Positions 7,562 through 18,300 are shown, numbered from the stretch's first letter. The stretch is DNA of 36,485 nt from a bacterium (GCA_021805405.1 JAJZFK010000254.1:1-36485); one strand, 5' to 3'. A program made the numbers and translations. The notes: generated by a model from the sequence alone, not told the origin.

Positions 7562-10213
7562 ATGTTTTACCGGGCAATTTCAAGAATTACAGTACTAATT
7601 ATTCTAGTAGCGTGTGTAAACTCCTCGCCGGCCATGGCGGTAGGACCCAATAACCTATTCGCAAACCCCACTATGGCGGGTGTGGGTTCCAACGGCTTAA
7701 TTCCTGCCTGGAAATCATATGGCGAGGGCTATACGCGTGACACTGAGGTGACCCACGCCAGCGCAGCTTCCGTTAGGTGCGAGAGTAACTCGCTCACGCA
7801 CACGTTAGGCGCGATGCAGACTATTGTACTCAACCAGGTGCAGCCAGCACCTGTCGTGGTCTCCGCATGGAGCCGCGCACTAAGTGCACACGGGCAAGGC
7901 GCTGGCAATTACTGCCTGTATGCCGACGTTAATTACAACGACGGGACACACCTTTGGGGCCAGAGTGTAGATTTCGAGAGTGGCACGCACTCTTGGGAGC
8001 GGAGACGAGAGACCATCCTCCCTGCAAAGCCTGTCTTGTCTATAAACGTCTTTCTGCTATTTCGTAACGTTAAGGGTACGGCGTGGTTTAGCGATGTGCA
8101 CGCTACCCAGCTATCCGGTGTCAGGGTATGGGACGGGCAATCCATTGCGCCTCCGCTATCTACCCAACGACCGTATACCAGGGCCCTGATGCGTGTGGGT
8201 AGTCGCCTCAGTCTGGGGTTCAGCCCTCATGGTGCGCTTGTAAGAACAACGCTTAACGGTAGGATTATTAACACCTCACCGGGTGGCTTCTTCATACGGG
8301 ACGTTAAAGCGGACGGACACGTGGTGCCTCTCGCATTCGCGGCAACGGTTGCGAGGGACCGCTCCGGGGATATCATTCACGTGTCGGGTAATTCTACATC
8401 ACTTGGGTTACTCTTCGCCTCCTCAATTCGCAACGGAAGCCAATCAATTCTGGTTAACAGCACCGTGACGAATATGAGGAATTGTGACCGCGATATTACA
8501 GTTTATTTTGCGCTGCCAGTGGACGCTACAGGCTGGACCTGGGGAGACGACATCCGGACATCCCGTGTAATTGGTAAACAGGGCGAGTTTCATACCTGGT
8601 CAGCCGTTAGCGTGGGTGCTTGTGGGTCAATATCGCGTTACCCGTTCGCGGAGGTAAATAACCGTGCTGGCGGTGTAGCGCTCAACCTGAGCCCGCGCGA
8701 ACCCGATACATCCCGCCTGTTTTACAATGCCGAGGCGCATGAACTGGTGGTTGCATTCGATTTTGCTTTCGCTCGAGCACGATCCCGCTCTTATGCATGC
8801 GCCGCACACTTCAGGTTTCGGATTACCCACCTACCAGCCGCACCAGTACGTTGGGGGTTTCGCGAGGCAGCTGCCGCCTACTATGGTCTTCACCCGCAGC
8901 AATTCCCATCGGCAACTGTAAGAGGCGGCATCTGGATGCCGTTTACAGACCCTTCTACCGTTGCAGACGTCGGTGACTTTCACATACGTTACCACGAGGG
9001 AGATAATAGCGTATTCTCCGACCGCAAGCTCGGCATTCTCAGTTTTCATTACACCGAACCATCCTCGTGCTGGATTCCAATGCCCGCCACCATGCCTCGC
9101 ACATATGAGGCAGTAATGAGTCTTGTGCACTCTCAGCTTCTTACAGGGACGACAGAACAGAAGCGTTGGGCAGCGGCAGTAATAAACAGCGGAACACGGC
9201 GCAACGACGGACGGCTTAATGTGCAGTTTCGCAATGAGCCCTGGTGCAACGGTGCACTGTTTGTCCTTAATCCTAACCCGGCGCTAGCTACAAGCTCTGC
9301 CGTGGTAACTAAATCGTCGCTCACCTATGACGCCACGACGGCAGATTCTCGCTACATTTCGCACGCGGCATCGGCGCCAAGTGGAGAGTATCTCGACTCG
9401 CTGGAGGGGTGGTTAAACACCGAGACGAGTAGCCCCAAGCAGTTAGCGGCATGCCCCTACCCGCTCACATTCGATTCCTCATCACTACTGGCAACCGTGC
9501 CCCAATGGTATTCACTCTTCGGCCTGGTTAGTTTCATGTCACGCGACCTTCACGCTCGACACAGGCAGCTTATGGCGAACACTACACCTGTAAACTTCTG
9601 GTGCTTTATGCCCATGCTGGATGAAGCGGGAATAGAGGTGAACTGGCTTGGCACCGGTGACGCCTACTCTCCAGACAGCGACGAGATTTTTGATTACAGG
9701 CGTACACTAGCGTATCACAAACCCTACCTGCTGCTAATGAATACCAATTTCGACAGGTTTAATGGCCAAGACATGGCGAGGTATTTCCGGCGCTGCCTGT
9801 TCTATGACGTTTTTCCATCCTGCTTTAGCGCCGATGCAGCGGATCAACCATACTGGGAGACACCCCGATGGTACAACCGCGACAGGGCGCTGTTCAAGGC
9901 TTACATCCCAATCATGCAGCAGCTGTCGCTCGCAGGCTGGCAGCCTGTTACCTATGCGCTCTCCAGCAACCCCAAAGTGTACGTTGAGCGGTACGGAACC
10001 CGGTGGCTAACCCTTAGAAACGCGTCAAACGAGGAGCAGACTGCAACGCTGAAACTGTGGGCAGCCGCGCTCCAACTAAAACCAGACGCACAAATAAACG
10101 ATTGCATTACGGGGTGGTCTTGCTCACTTAAGAACAGGTCCAACCGCTCCCCAACGTTTACGGTGCGCCTCGCACCAAATCAGGTAATGGCGCTGCACAT
10201 TCGCAATGGCTAA
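7562..10213 (+). CDS. Secreted 883-aa protein of unknown family with an N-terminal CBM4_9/galactose-binding-like beta-sandwich
   Basis: Signal peptide MFYRAISRITVLIILVACVNSSPAMA. Residues ~30-185 (NLFANPTMAG...SVRCES...AWFSDVHATQL) resemble a carbohydrate-binding jelly roll. The remaining ~690 aa carry no motif I can assign. A perfect TATAAT at 7511-7516 lies upstream. Confidence 0.7.
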   Translation: MFYRAISRITVLIILVACVNSSPAMAVGPNNLFANPTMAGVGSNGLIPAWKSYGEGYTRDTEVTHASAASVRCESNSLTHTLGAMQTIVLNQVQPAPVVVSAWSRALSAHGQGAGNYCLYADVNYNDGTHLWGQSVDFESGTHSWERRRETILPAKPVLSINVFLLFRNVKGTAWFSDVHATQLSGVRVWDGQSIAPPLSTQRPYTRALMRVGSRLSLGFSPHGALVRTTLNGRIINTSPGGFFIRDVKADGHVVPLAFAATVARDRSGDIIHVSGNSTSLGLLFASSIRNGSQSILVNSTVTNMRNCDRDITVYFALPVDATGWTWGDDIRTSRVIGKQGEFHTWSAVSVGACGSISRYPFAEVNNRAGGVALNLSPREPDTSRLFYNAEAHELVVAFDFAFARARSRSYACAAHFRFRITHLPAAPVRWGFREAAAAYYGLHPQQFPSATVRGGIWMPFTDPSTVADVGDFHIRYHEGDNSVFSDRKLGILSFHYTEPSSCWIPMPATMPRTYEAVMSLVHSQLLTGTTEQKRWAAAVINSGTRRNDGRLNVQFRNEPWCNGALFVLNPNPALATSSAVVTKSSLTYDATTADSRYISHAASAPSGEYLDSLEGWLNTETSSPKQLAACPYPLTFDSSSLLATVPQWYSLFGLVSFMSRDLHARHRQLMANTTPVNFWCFMPMLDEAGIEVNWLGTGDAYSPDSDEIFDYRRTLAYHKPYLLLMNTNFDRFNGQDMARYFRRCLFYDVFPSCFSADAADQPYWETPRWYNRDRALFKAYIPIMQQLSLAGWQPVTYALSSNPKVYVERYGTRWLTLRNASNEEQTATLKLWAAALQLKPDAQINDCITGWSCSLKNRSNRSPTFTVRLAPNQVMALHIRNG

Positions 10214-10677
10214 CCGGGCTGGCTGGCATAGTACTCAAAGAGTGTCAGCCACTCATCACGCTGCTGCTTTACAAGAGCTGCAGTGTTGACACCACGCACT
10301 TGGGCGACCGAATCCACGAGATCGTGGAGCGCCTTCCCCGATAGTTTTTCGGGCAGTGGATTCCGTTCTGCGCGGTTCATCCAGTAGTGGCTGTTGGAAT
10401 AATCACCTTCGCGCCGATGCATTATGCCATGCCAACACGCGCCTAGCGAATCGGGTAAATCCTGACAAATTTCATGGCAGCGCTCCAGGTCATCAACGTA
10501 GAGCCACAATCCTGCAGCAAGAGTGCTATCGGCAGCGATGCCGCCCGTATGCAGGATCGCACGTATCTCTTCAGTCAGGACAGGTTCAGAGCCGTGTAGG
10601 TTACACATCGCCTTGTCCAGAGGATGCCGCTCGAAAAGCTTCTCAAGTGTTGCGTGTAGTTGTACCGGCAGATTCAT
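10210..10677 (-). CDS. Conserved-looking cytoplasmic hypothetical protein (155 aa)
   Basis: AGGAG SD 7 nt before the ATG, and the start is 13 nt after the upstream gene's TAA, so it is probably co-transcribed. There is no signal peptide. The His/Trp-rich core CWHGIMHRREGDYSNSHYWMNRAERNP seems familiar from uncharacterised proteins, but I cannot name a family. Confidence 0.7.
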   Translation of the reverse strand: MNLPVQLHATLEKLFERHPLDKAMCNLHGSEPVLTEEIRAILHTGGIAADSTLAAGLWLYVDDLERCHEICQDLPDSLGACWHGIMHRREGDYSNSHYWMNRAERNPLPEKLSGKALHDLVDSVAQVRGVNTAALVKQQRDEWLTLFEYYASQPG

Positions 10678-10690
10678 GATTGACTCCTAG

Positions 10691-11569
10691 TTATCTGTTT
10701 AGCGGACTGTTCTGTTGTGCCTTGGGTACAGGCGGTCCAAATGCATGATTGTATACCATGATTAGCTGGTTGGCAGAGGTAATCGTGTGCCCTTTTTGAT
10801 CCATCGCGGAAACTGTCATAGAGTGCTCTCCATCTGCTATTGTTCGCGTATCCAGATTGAGTGTAAACGGCGCTCTGTTGGTTAAATCGCTTAGTTGACC
10901 ATCCATACTCAACATCACGGCAAATACTCTGTCGGGCTCATCTGGCGAAAGGTGGGGGTTAACCGTAAGCTGGCCCGAAGCCACTACCGTGTGATCATGT
11001 ACCGCATTCCACAACATCTGCTGCGCGTACGAGGTCCCCAGGTTAACCAGATCTACTAACTCAGCATCTCCGGATTTCACCGTGATAGGCAGGGCGATAA
11101 CATCTCCCAGGGCAGGTACAAAGCCGCGGTGTACGTTCACGAACCTTTTCCCAACCAGCCTGTATAATAGCGCCCCTTTCTCTACGTTCAACCCGGTTGG
11201 GAATAGTTTGTTTGGTCCCAGGTTGAGCACGACAGAACCGGCTAGTGACTTTATGGACGAGAGATAAGGGAGTATGCGCAAACCATGTCGGTCACCCAGC
11301 GAAACGAGAATCCCGTATGGCCCAGCATCCAATACACTCGGCGTGTCCGATGAAGCTGTTAACCTTGCAGCGTCATCCGCAGGGGTTACGACTCGGCCTA
11401 TTAGCACAGGCGCTTTGCCATTTGGTAAGACAATCTCAACGCTGCCAAACTTCCGGTTGTCCACAGTGACGTATACGTGGCCCGGCGGCCCTGCATCCTG
11501 CGCGCAGGCGAACCCGGAACAGAATAAACCGATAAAGATTGCAGCCGCCAATATTCTAAAAAGTCTCAT
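10691..11569 (-). CDS. Secreted hypothetical protein with a C-terminal Ig-like (Big-type) domain
   Basis: ATG 11569 opens the signal peptide MRLFRILAAAIFIGLFCSGFACA-QD. The C-terminus LSMDGQLSDLTNRAPFTLNLDTRTIADGEHSMTVSAMDQKGHTITSANQLIMV fits the bacterial Ig-like pattern (DG...aPf...dt....dG.H.....A.D..G). The track ORF start (TTG 11683) is probably over-extended, and there is no clear SD at 11569. Confidence 0.65.
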   Translation of the reverse strand: MRLFRILAAAIFIGLFCSGFACAQDAGPPGHVYVTVDNRKFGSVEIVLPNGKAPVLIGRVVTPADDAARLTASSDTPSVLDAGPYGILVSLGDRHGLRILPYLSSIKSLAGSVVLNLGPNKLFPTGLNVEKGALLYRLVGKRFVNVHRGFVPALGDVIALPITVKSGDAELVDLVNLGTSYAQQMLWNAVHDHTVVASGQLTVNPHLSPDEPDRVFAVMLSMDGQLSDLTNRAPFTLNLDTRTIADGEHSMTVSAMDQKGHTITSANQLIMVYNHAFGPPVPKAQQNSPLNR

Positions 11570-11729
11570 TTCAAGTTTATTATGACACTCTGCAGCAATG
11601 TTGGTAACGACGAGTAACACCAGGACTAGGAAGCGGAATACAATAATTAACAGACTGCAGGATAAACGCGCACACAAACTCAATTAAAGATTGTTTAAGA
11701 CTCGCTTAACGGCTAAGGAGGTGCACCTT

Positions 11730-12626
11730 TTGACAACACAATGTTCCGGGCCCAGTCAGTGTTTGTGCAACGGTCCCTCAGAATTACGTGCAGACCTCTG
11801 GCGTACCACCATCTGGCGATTGGCAGTAGTTATCATCCTGCTAACCTTCAGACCAATGGCTTCGCGCTCGCAGGGAACTATTCCACCAGGAGCGTTATTC
11901 TGTGGCTGCACACGGCTCGTCATAAATGATAAACCAAACGCCAAGGAGGTATCACCCACAGGTAACGGTCTATATTCGTGGTATAGCGGCGAATGGTACA
12001 TGTCACCTAAACCAGCAATTAACCTCTACAAGACAGAACACGGCGTACTGGCCATTCAGCTTGGCGGCACGCTTGTGAGCACGCCAAACACCTGGTCAAG
12101 CGGACGCTTGCCCTTGTTATCCGGTGCGCACAGCTTCTACGTTGAATTCAGGGTTTGGCTCAGCGACAACAACGGAGACCACTGGCCGGCAGTGTGGCTT
12201 ATGCCTGCGGAACACAACGCTAACAGGCTAGCCGACCACTATGTTTCTGACCCGCCAGGCGTTGAGCAGTGGATGGAACTAGACGTTGATGAGGGCGGTT
12301 TCGGCCCCGGTTTAACGGGCACGGTGCACAGTTGGCGCTGGTCACCAAAGCGCCATTACCTCAATAATCAAAACCCTAACAACGAATTGGTAACACCGAT
12401 TAATAGAGCAAATTCCCACTGGTTCGGGTGCTCGTACAACTCCAAGAAAGCAACGGTAACCTGGTGGCTCGACAACAGGCAACAGATGAGCGCTGGTGCA
12501 CCATACGTACCGCACATTGCGACTGACCAGCACTTCTATCTCATTCTTGACGCGGCTAGCCACGGCAAAAACATACCGTATACCATGTACGTTTCACAAG
12601 TTCGAGCGTTTGTTCCACCACGTTAG
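11730..12626 (+). CDS. GH16-like (concanavalin-like glucanase fold) protein with an N-terminal signal anchor
   Basis: WPAVWLMPAEH, followed by MELDVDEG (the ExDxxE catalytic pattern of beta-bulge GH16 enzymes). The hydrophobic segment is IWRLAVVIILLTF. TTG 11730 lies 8 nt downstream of AAGGAGG (11715-11721). The track start TTG 11691 has no SD. Confidence 0.6.
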   Translation: MTTQCSGPSQCLCNGPSELRADLWRTTIWRLAVVIILLTFRPMASRSQGTIPPGALFCGCTRLVINDKPNAKEVSPTGNGLYSWYSGEWYMSPKPAINLYKTEHGVLAIQLGGTLVSTPNTWSSGRLPLLSGAHSFYVEFRVWLSDNNGDHWPAVWLMPAEHNANRLADHYVSDPPGVEQWMELDVDEGGFGPGLTGTVHSWRWSPKRHYLNNQNPNNELVTPINRANSHWFGCSYNSKKATVTWWLDNRQQMSAGAPYVPHIATDQHFYLILDAASHGKNIPYTMYVSQVRAFVPPR

Positions 12627-12884
12627 ACCTTACCTCCTTTCTTTAAGCCACCAGAAACACCTTCCAAGCAATTCACCGAGTCAATTGCTGCCTGAAGGAG
12701 GATAAGGACAACACTTTCTTTAACATGCTCCTAGATAGACCCGGTAAACAAAATCGATGGCATCAAGCTGTAGTGCACTAACCAAACGATTGCAGCTTAC
12801 GGTAAGCCTGAGAATAACCGTACACAAAATCCACCCTTGCCCATTGCTGTTCACCAGTAACCGAAGCAAGGCTCAGGGAGCGCA

Positions 12885-15299
12885 ATGTTGCGTAAAAATA
12901 CCTATTTGCTGCCTTGCATTGCAGCACTATTCGCTTTGACAGTGTCGGTGGCACGTGCCTCTTCAACCGGTTATCGTACACGGTACCCACTACCGGTGCC
13001 GAGTGTACCCGGCTCACTAGGCGTAAATATTCACTTCACTACCCCGGCACCAGGTGAGATGAAACTGCTCGCAGCAGAAGGCTTCAAATGGATTCGGATG
13101 GATTTCTCGTGGCAGGGAACCGAACAGGTTAAGGGAAAATACAACTTCACGGCCTATAAAACCCTTATGGGTTGGCTGCAGCGGTATTCTATCCGGCCAA
13201 TATTCATTCTGGACTATGGCAACGACCTCTACCAGAAGGGTGCGCCCACCAGTGCCGAAGCCAGAGCAGCGTTTAGCCGCTGGGCGGCAGCGGCGGTCGC
13301 TGCATTCCGTGGTGAAGGTGTACTTTGGGAGATGTGGAACGAGCCAAACGGCGGATTTTGGCCACCACAAGCGAACGTTCAACAATATGCAGATCTTGCG
13401 CTAGCGGCTTCCCAGGCAATCCGGCGGACATCCCCTACGGAGTGGCTTATTGGCCCCGGTATGAGTGGAATGGACTTCTCCTTTCTTCGAGCATGTTTCC
13501 AGCGAGGGCTGTTGAAATACTGGGATGCAGTGTCGTTTCATCCCTATAGGCTCTCGCCGCCCGAGACCGCAACCGACGATTTTGCGCAGGTGCGCGCCCT
13601 CATCGCGCAATATGCTCCCTCAGGTAAACACATCCCTCTACTATCCAGCGAGTGGGGGTACTCGGTTGCATATCCAGGTCTTAATATTGAACGCCAGGCA
13701 CGTTTCGCGCCAAGAGAATTTCTTGCCAATATGGCGTCTGGCCTGCGCCTCAGCATATGGTATGACTGGCATGACGATGGGCTCGACCCTAAAAACGCCG
13801 AGCATAACTTTGGAACGGTGTTTAACGACTATCGATTAAAGCCTGATTACATCGCCATTTCGACACTTGCGAAATATCTCCGTGACTTTCAGTACAATAA
13901 GCGAATATGGCTGGGCTCACCTGACGATTACTGCCTGCTATTTTCTAAGGGAACACAACAGCGGCTGGCACTCTGGACGACCTCCACTATCTCCCACGAT
14001 GTAACTGTTCCGATGAGTTCGGATCCTCTGCGTCTTGTCTGGATGAACGGCCAGAGCAGACAGGCCAGTGCCGGAAACGGAACATTCGTAGTGAAAATAA
14101 GCCATGAACCCGAGTACATTATCCCTGAGGGCCCCAATGATCTGCTTGCAGCGGCCGCCGCATGGCACAGTCTCCCTGCTTGCACGCTCTACTCACCCAA
14201 CACGGATATCGCAAGAGTTATAGCCCCTACATTCACCGCCGTACCGTTCCTCGTTGGCGCACTACCGCATCATGCTGTAGTTACAACCAAGATAGTACAG
14301 CCGACAAGTACCAGCCCACTGCTTACAGTAAGAAAGGCGCTAGCGGGTAAGACGCCCCGCCTCAACGGTATATACCACCTGCAGTCGTCCAGTTCTAGCC
14401 ATGCAGTCTTACTGACTGTATTGCAAATTGGCGGTGCCGCCGTTGAACAGACTTCCCAGCTAACGTCCATCGCTCCACTAACCCTGGCGGTACTTCCACC
14501 AAGTGGTCGATCGCTTGCAGTGCAGGTTACTAATCGATCCGGCTTTACCGGTCCCGTAACCGTTGCATTGTACACCGACGGAGGAGTGCAGAAACGTGCC
14601 ATTCGGCTAACAGCTGTGAAGCAACTAGTAACGGTTCGGTTCACAGCCCCAAAACAGGAAAGTGTTAGGGCGATCATCGTCGAAGGTGTTGGCAAGCATG
14701 AGAAAGACATACACCTGCTGGGCAACGATATTGTCAACACCGGAACAGTTACATTTAAACAACTCCCACTTTTTACAGACATTGCGCGGCAGGAATCGCT
14801 CACGCAGGCCGGCTGGAATGCGGTACCCGACGGTGATCCTGCCATTAAAAGCACGATTACCTCAAAAGTTGTACAGGCACCCGCAGGCCTTCCCAGTAAT
14901 AGCAGCTTTGCCGGTGAGATCAGGTATAAATTCGACGTTGGCTGGAAGTTCCTGCGTGTATCACCAGGTAAGCCGCTTCTACTATCGGGTAAGCCAGAGA
15001 GCCTTGGGTTGTGGGTCTTTGGGGACGGTTCCGGTAATGGACTAAGGATGCGGTTCACCGATAATACGAACCAGACGTTTCAGGCAGGCGCGGGGAATTT
15101 GACGTGGGTTGGCTGGCGCTTTGTTGAGTTCAAACTAAGCGGAGATAACGGTCACTGGGGAGGAGCGAACGACGGACAAATTCACTATCCGCTTCGTATA
15201 GACTCGCTCCTCCTTATCGACGGCCTGGGACGTGCGACAAGTGGACATGTTTGGTTTTCAGATCCCTGGTTAATCTATGCACGAAGCGATGGGCGATGA
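12885..15299 (+). CDS. Secreted clan GH-A glycoside hydrolase (GH5/GH39, PslG-like) with C-terminal beta-sandwich domains
   Basis: Signal peptide MLRKNTYLLPCIAALFALTVSVARA. LGVNIHF...GFKWIRMDFSWQGTEQVKGKYNF...ILDYGNDLY, the acid/base motif WEMWNEPNG and the nucleophile-type LLSSEWGYS are typical of (beta/alpha)8 clan GH-A. The C-terminal ~170 aa (LGLWVFGDGSGNGLRMRFTDNTNQTFQ...WVGWRFVEFKL...HWGGANDGQIHYPLRIDSLLL) look like a CBM-like jelly roll. Confidence 0.75.
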   Translation: MLRKNTYLLPCIAALFALTVSVARASSTGYRTRYPLPVPSVPGSLGVNIHFTTPAPGEMKLLAAEGFKWIRMDFSWQGTEQVKGKYNFTAYKTLMGWLQRYSIRPIFILDYGNDLYQKGAPTSAEARAAFSRWAAAAVAAFRGEGVLWEMWNEPNGGFWPPQANVQQYADLALAASQAIRRTSPTEWLIGPGMSGMDFSFLRACFQRGLLKYWDAVSFHPYRLSPPETATDDFAQVRALIAQYAPSGKHIPLLSSEWGYSVAYPGLNIERQARFAPREFLANMASGLRLSIWYDWHDDGLDPKNAEHNFGTVFNDYRLKPDYIAISTLAKYLRDFQYNKRIWLGSPDDYCLLFSKGTQQRLALWTTSTISHDVTVPMSSDPLRLVWMNGQSRQASAGNGTFVVKISHEPEYIIPEGPNDLLAAAAAWHSLPACTLYSPNTDIARVIAPTFTAVPFLVGALPHHAVVTTKIVQPTSTSPLLTVRKALAGKTPRLNGIYHLQSSSSSHAVLLTVLQIGGAAVEQTSQLTSIAPLTLAVLPPSGRSLAVQVTNRSGFTGPVTVALYTDGGVQKRAIRLTAVKQLVTVRFTAPKQESVRAIIVEGVGKHEKDIHLLGNDIVNTGTVTFKQLPLFTDIARQESLTQAGWNAVPDGDPAIKSTITSKVVQAPAGLPSNSSFAGEIRYKFDVGWKFLRVSPGKPLLLSGKPESLGLWVFGDGSGNGLRMRFTDNTNQTFQAGAGNLTWVGWRFVEFKLSGDNGHWGGANDGQIHYPLRIDSLLLIDGLGRATSGHVWFSDPWLIYARSDGR

Positions 15300-15391
15300 C
15301 CAACGAAAACTGCGCAACGTGCGCACGTATCATCCTAAATCTTGACCAGGACTAGTACGAATACACCACAACCAGTTTGAGGGGCTTTTTT

Positions 15392-18300
15392 ATGATTCGA
15401 TCTTTCGTAAGCACCGCTTTCGTGATGGCGCTGGTCGGTATAACCAGCCTGGCCGCACGTAGCATGGGCCTGCCGTATGTACCTGTTTACCGTGGCACTA
15501 CTTTGCTTGATGATATAGGGGTATACGCTGTTCGCTACCGCTACTTTGATGGCAGAACTGGAAGTATGCCACCGGGCTGGACGGGGGTTTTCACGGAGGA
15601 CACCGGTATTGCATGTGCGCCTTTTGGCACGCAAAATGGCAAATCGGCCTTCTTCCTGGGTCCTATATGGCGCGGTGGCGGTAGCGGTGATACTAGCCAG
15701 GTGTTTTATCTTGCAATGCCCCACGCACCGCACATAACACTCTTATTTAACGTAGCGATGCGCACAGACTTTGTGGGTCCTAAGTTTTCTGATGGTTCTA
15801 TCTTCCGCGTTTTTGCCAACCACCGGCTGATAATGGAGTACTATCAGACGACTGCAGATTGGAAGCGATACTCCCTCAACCTTTCCAGGTATGCCGGTCA
15901 AAAAATCGAACTGGAGTTCCAGACCGATCCTGGCCCAAAGAGAGACCCCTCATTCGATTACGCCCTGTGGGGCAATCGCCGCATTATCTGCGATGGCGGT
16001 GCTACCGCTGGAAATGATATTCACTGGCCAGCTGTTGCGAATGCATTTACTTCCCACGCCACATATGGTGCAGCGTCACCACTAAGTTATGGCCGTGGTG
16101 GTCCCGGTTTACGTGCAGCGTGGAAACCAGGGTTAACCGGGTTTTTAAAAGGAATATCGCTTACGGTAGGTTCGTTCGTCGCTATCCCGGCAATTTCACC
16201 GACCTTTGGCGCCAGCGTGGATCTGGTACGCCCGGACGGCAGTATCATTTCTTCCACTGACCCTTCCGTACACATTACCACACAAGTTATTCGCCCTGCA
16301 TCAGGCTCCCACGCCCTGGCAGTACGCAAATATCTGTTTGGGCTGCAGGGCAAGACCTATGTGTTAACTGCCACTGCCTTTAAGCCCAAAGGCAACTGCA
16401 TGAAGGTGGTGGTAACTTCCGCATCCCGTCATATTGCCGCTGTTCATTTTGGCGAATTTGGCGTAACGCTGGGAAGTGATTATTTTCCTCCCGACTACCG
16501 GACAAATGTTGCCGTTCCTTATTACGGCACGGTCTACTACTTACCACAATATCGTCTGTTTACGAACGTCTGCATCGATTACTCGCTCTCACATGCCAGT
16601 GAACTAGGTTCCGATTCGGCAACGTATGGCCAACTAACAAACGGCACCCGACACCGTGTAGATGAAACCGTCTACTATGCGATTTCACCGCAGCTAGCCG
16701 ACGTCTTGCCCACGCCACCCAACCCTACATCTCCGTACCGTGCGTTGATGTCGAACCTTACAATACTGGATAATTGGGGAAACACTTTTGACCAGGATCG
16801 ACAGCTGCTAGATGCACTGGGCGGCTATGGCATTACCAACATCTTCACCATAATTCACAGCTGGCAGCATGGTGGCTATGACAACGAACTGCCTGATGTG
16901 ATGCCACCAGCCAGTTCACTAGGCGGTCTATCTGCAATGCAGGCACTTGTCAAGACTGCAAAAGGTTTGGGGGAGCGCATTGGCGTACATGAAAACTACG
17001 TTGACTACTACCCCAACGCGCCATCGTATAACCCTGCCTATGTGGCGCTGGACTCTGATGGAAAGCCCATACTTGCCTGGAAAAACCTCATTCAGAGCTA
17101 CGCTCTCTCCATGCAGCATACAATGCCCATGGCAGAGCACTACGATGACGAAATTGCTTCACAATTAGGCACTAATGCCACCTTCGAGGATGTCTGCTCC
17201 GCGGTGCCGCCGTGGTTTCACGTTGACTTCAATGCTAACACAAAAGGGGCTGGCGAATTTCATACCGTTATACACACATTTACCCGCTTATGGGCGATGT
17301 ACCGCGCCCACCACGACGGGCCGGTTTTAGGTGAAGGCAATAACCACTGGTACTGGAGCGGTTTGCTGGATGGATCCGAAGCACAATTCGGTTCTGGGTG
17401 GCCGCAAAACGAGGGTGAAATAGCGCCTCTGGCCGTTAACTTTGATCTCTTAAAAATTCACCCGCTGCAGTTAAATCATGGCATGGGTTACCTTGAGCGA
17501 TGGCAATCCGAAGGGTATGCCGAGGGTTGGCAAACGCGTACTATGACAGCTAAAGTGATGGATCGTTACCGCGCCCAGGAGATTGCGTACGGGCACTCAT
17601 CTTTTGTACCTAGTCAGCTGGTTAACAACATAACGTATATATGGCAGGAATCAAACCTGGTGCCTCCGGTAATCAAGCGGTTGGCTATGTCGCCCGTCGA
17701 CAGCATCCTCTACCGATATCGGCATACCTGGCGCACCATTGAACAGATGACCGCGGACAACGCTTTATGCGATAGGGTTCAGGTGAAATACAAATCGGGG
17801 CTCACAATACAGGTAAACGGCAGTAGCGGAGTTTGGCGACTAGGAACTGGTATTGATGCGGTGATTCTTCCATCTTCTGGTTGGCGCGCGTTTGGTGACG
17901 GCATTGAAGCTTCAACAGCTACTCATTCTGGAATAACGACGGACTTTGTTCATACCGCTCGCCGACTGTTTGTGGATGCGCGCTCGCACTATCACCTTGG
18001 TCCCAAACAGTACCAAGTTCGCCCATCTGTATTCCTTTGGAGACCAACAGGACCACGGCAGTTTCAGATACAGTACAAATGGCAGGTTGGTCAGCAATTG
18101 CCTGCGGGAACCCAGGTGTTCGTTCACCTTATTGCTGCTTCCACCAATCACGCCGCCAAAACAGACCCAACTGGGATCGTGGAAGTGATGGACGACGGCC
18201 TTCGCACATCCCCGAACCAGTGGCCAATTGGAACAACCCTGAGCAAACCGATTACCATCACGCTACCGCAGAATGTACCGGCTGGCAACTACCACATTAG

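Noticed and set aside
13017-15058. Antisense ORFs inside the GH-A gene (122 aa and 262 aa). The same applies to 21417-22411 inside the ALDH gene and 28298-28984 inside the GH51-like gene.
   Set aside because: They are embedded opposite or out of frame in genes with clear catalytic motifs. Their composition is low-complexity and Ser/Arg/Pro/Cys-rich, and they have no SDs.
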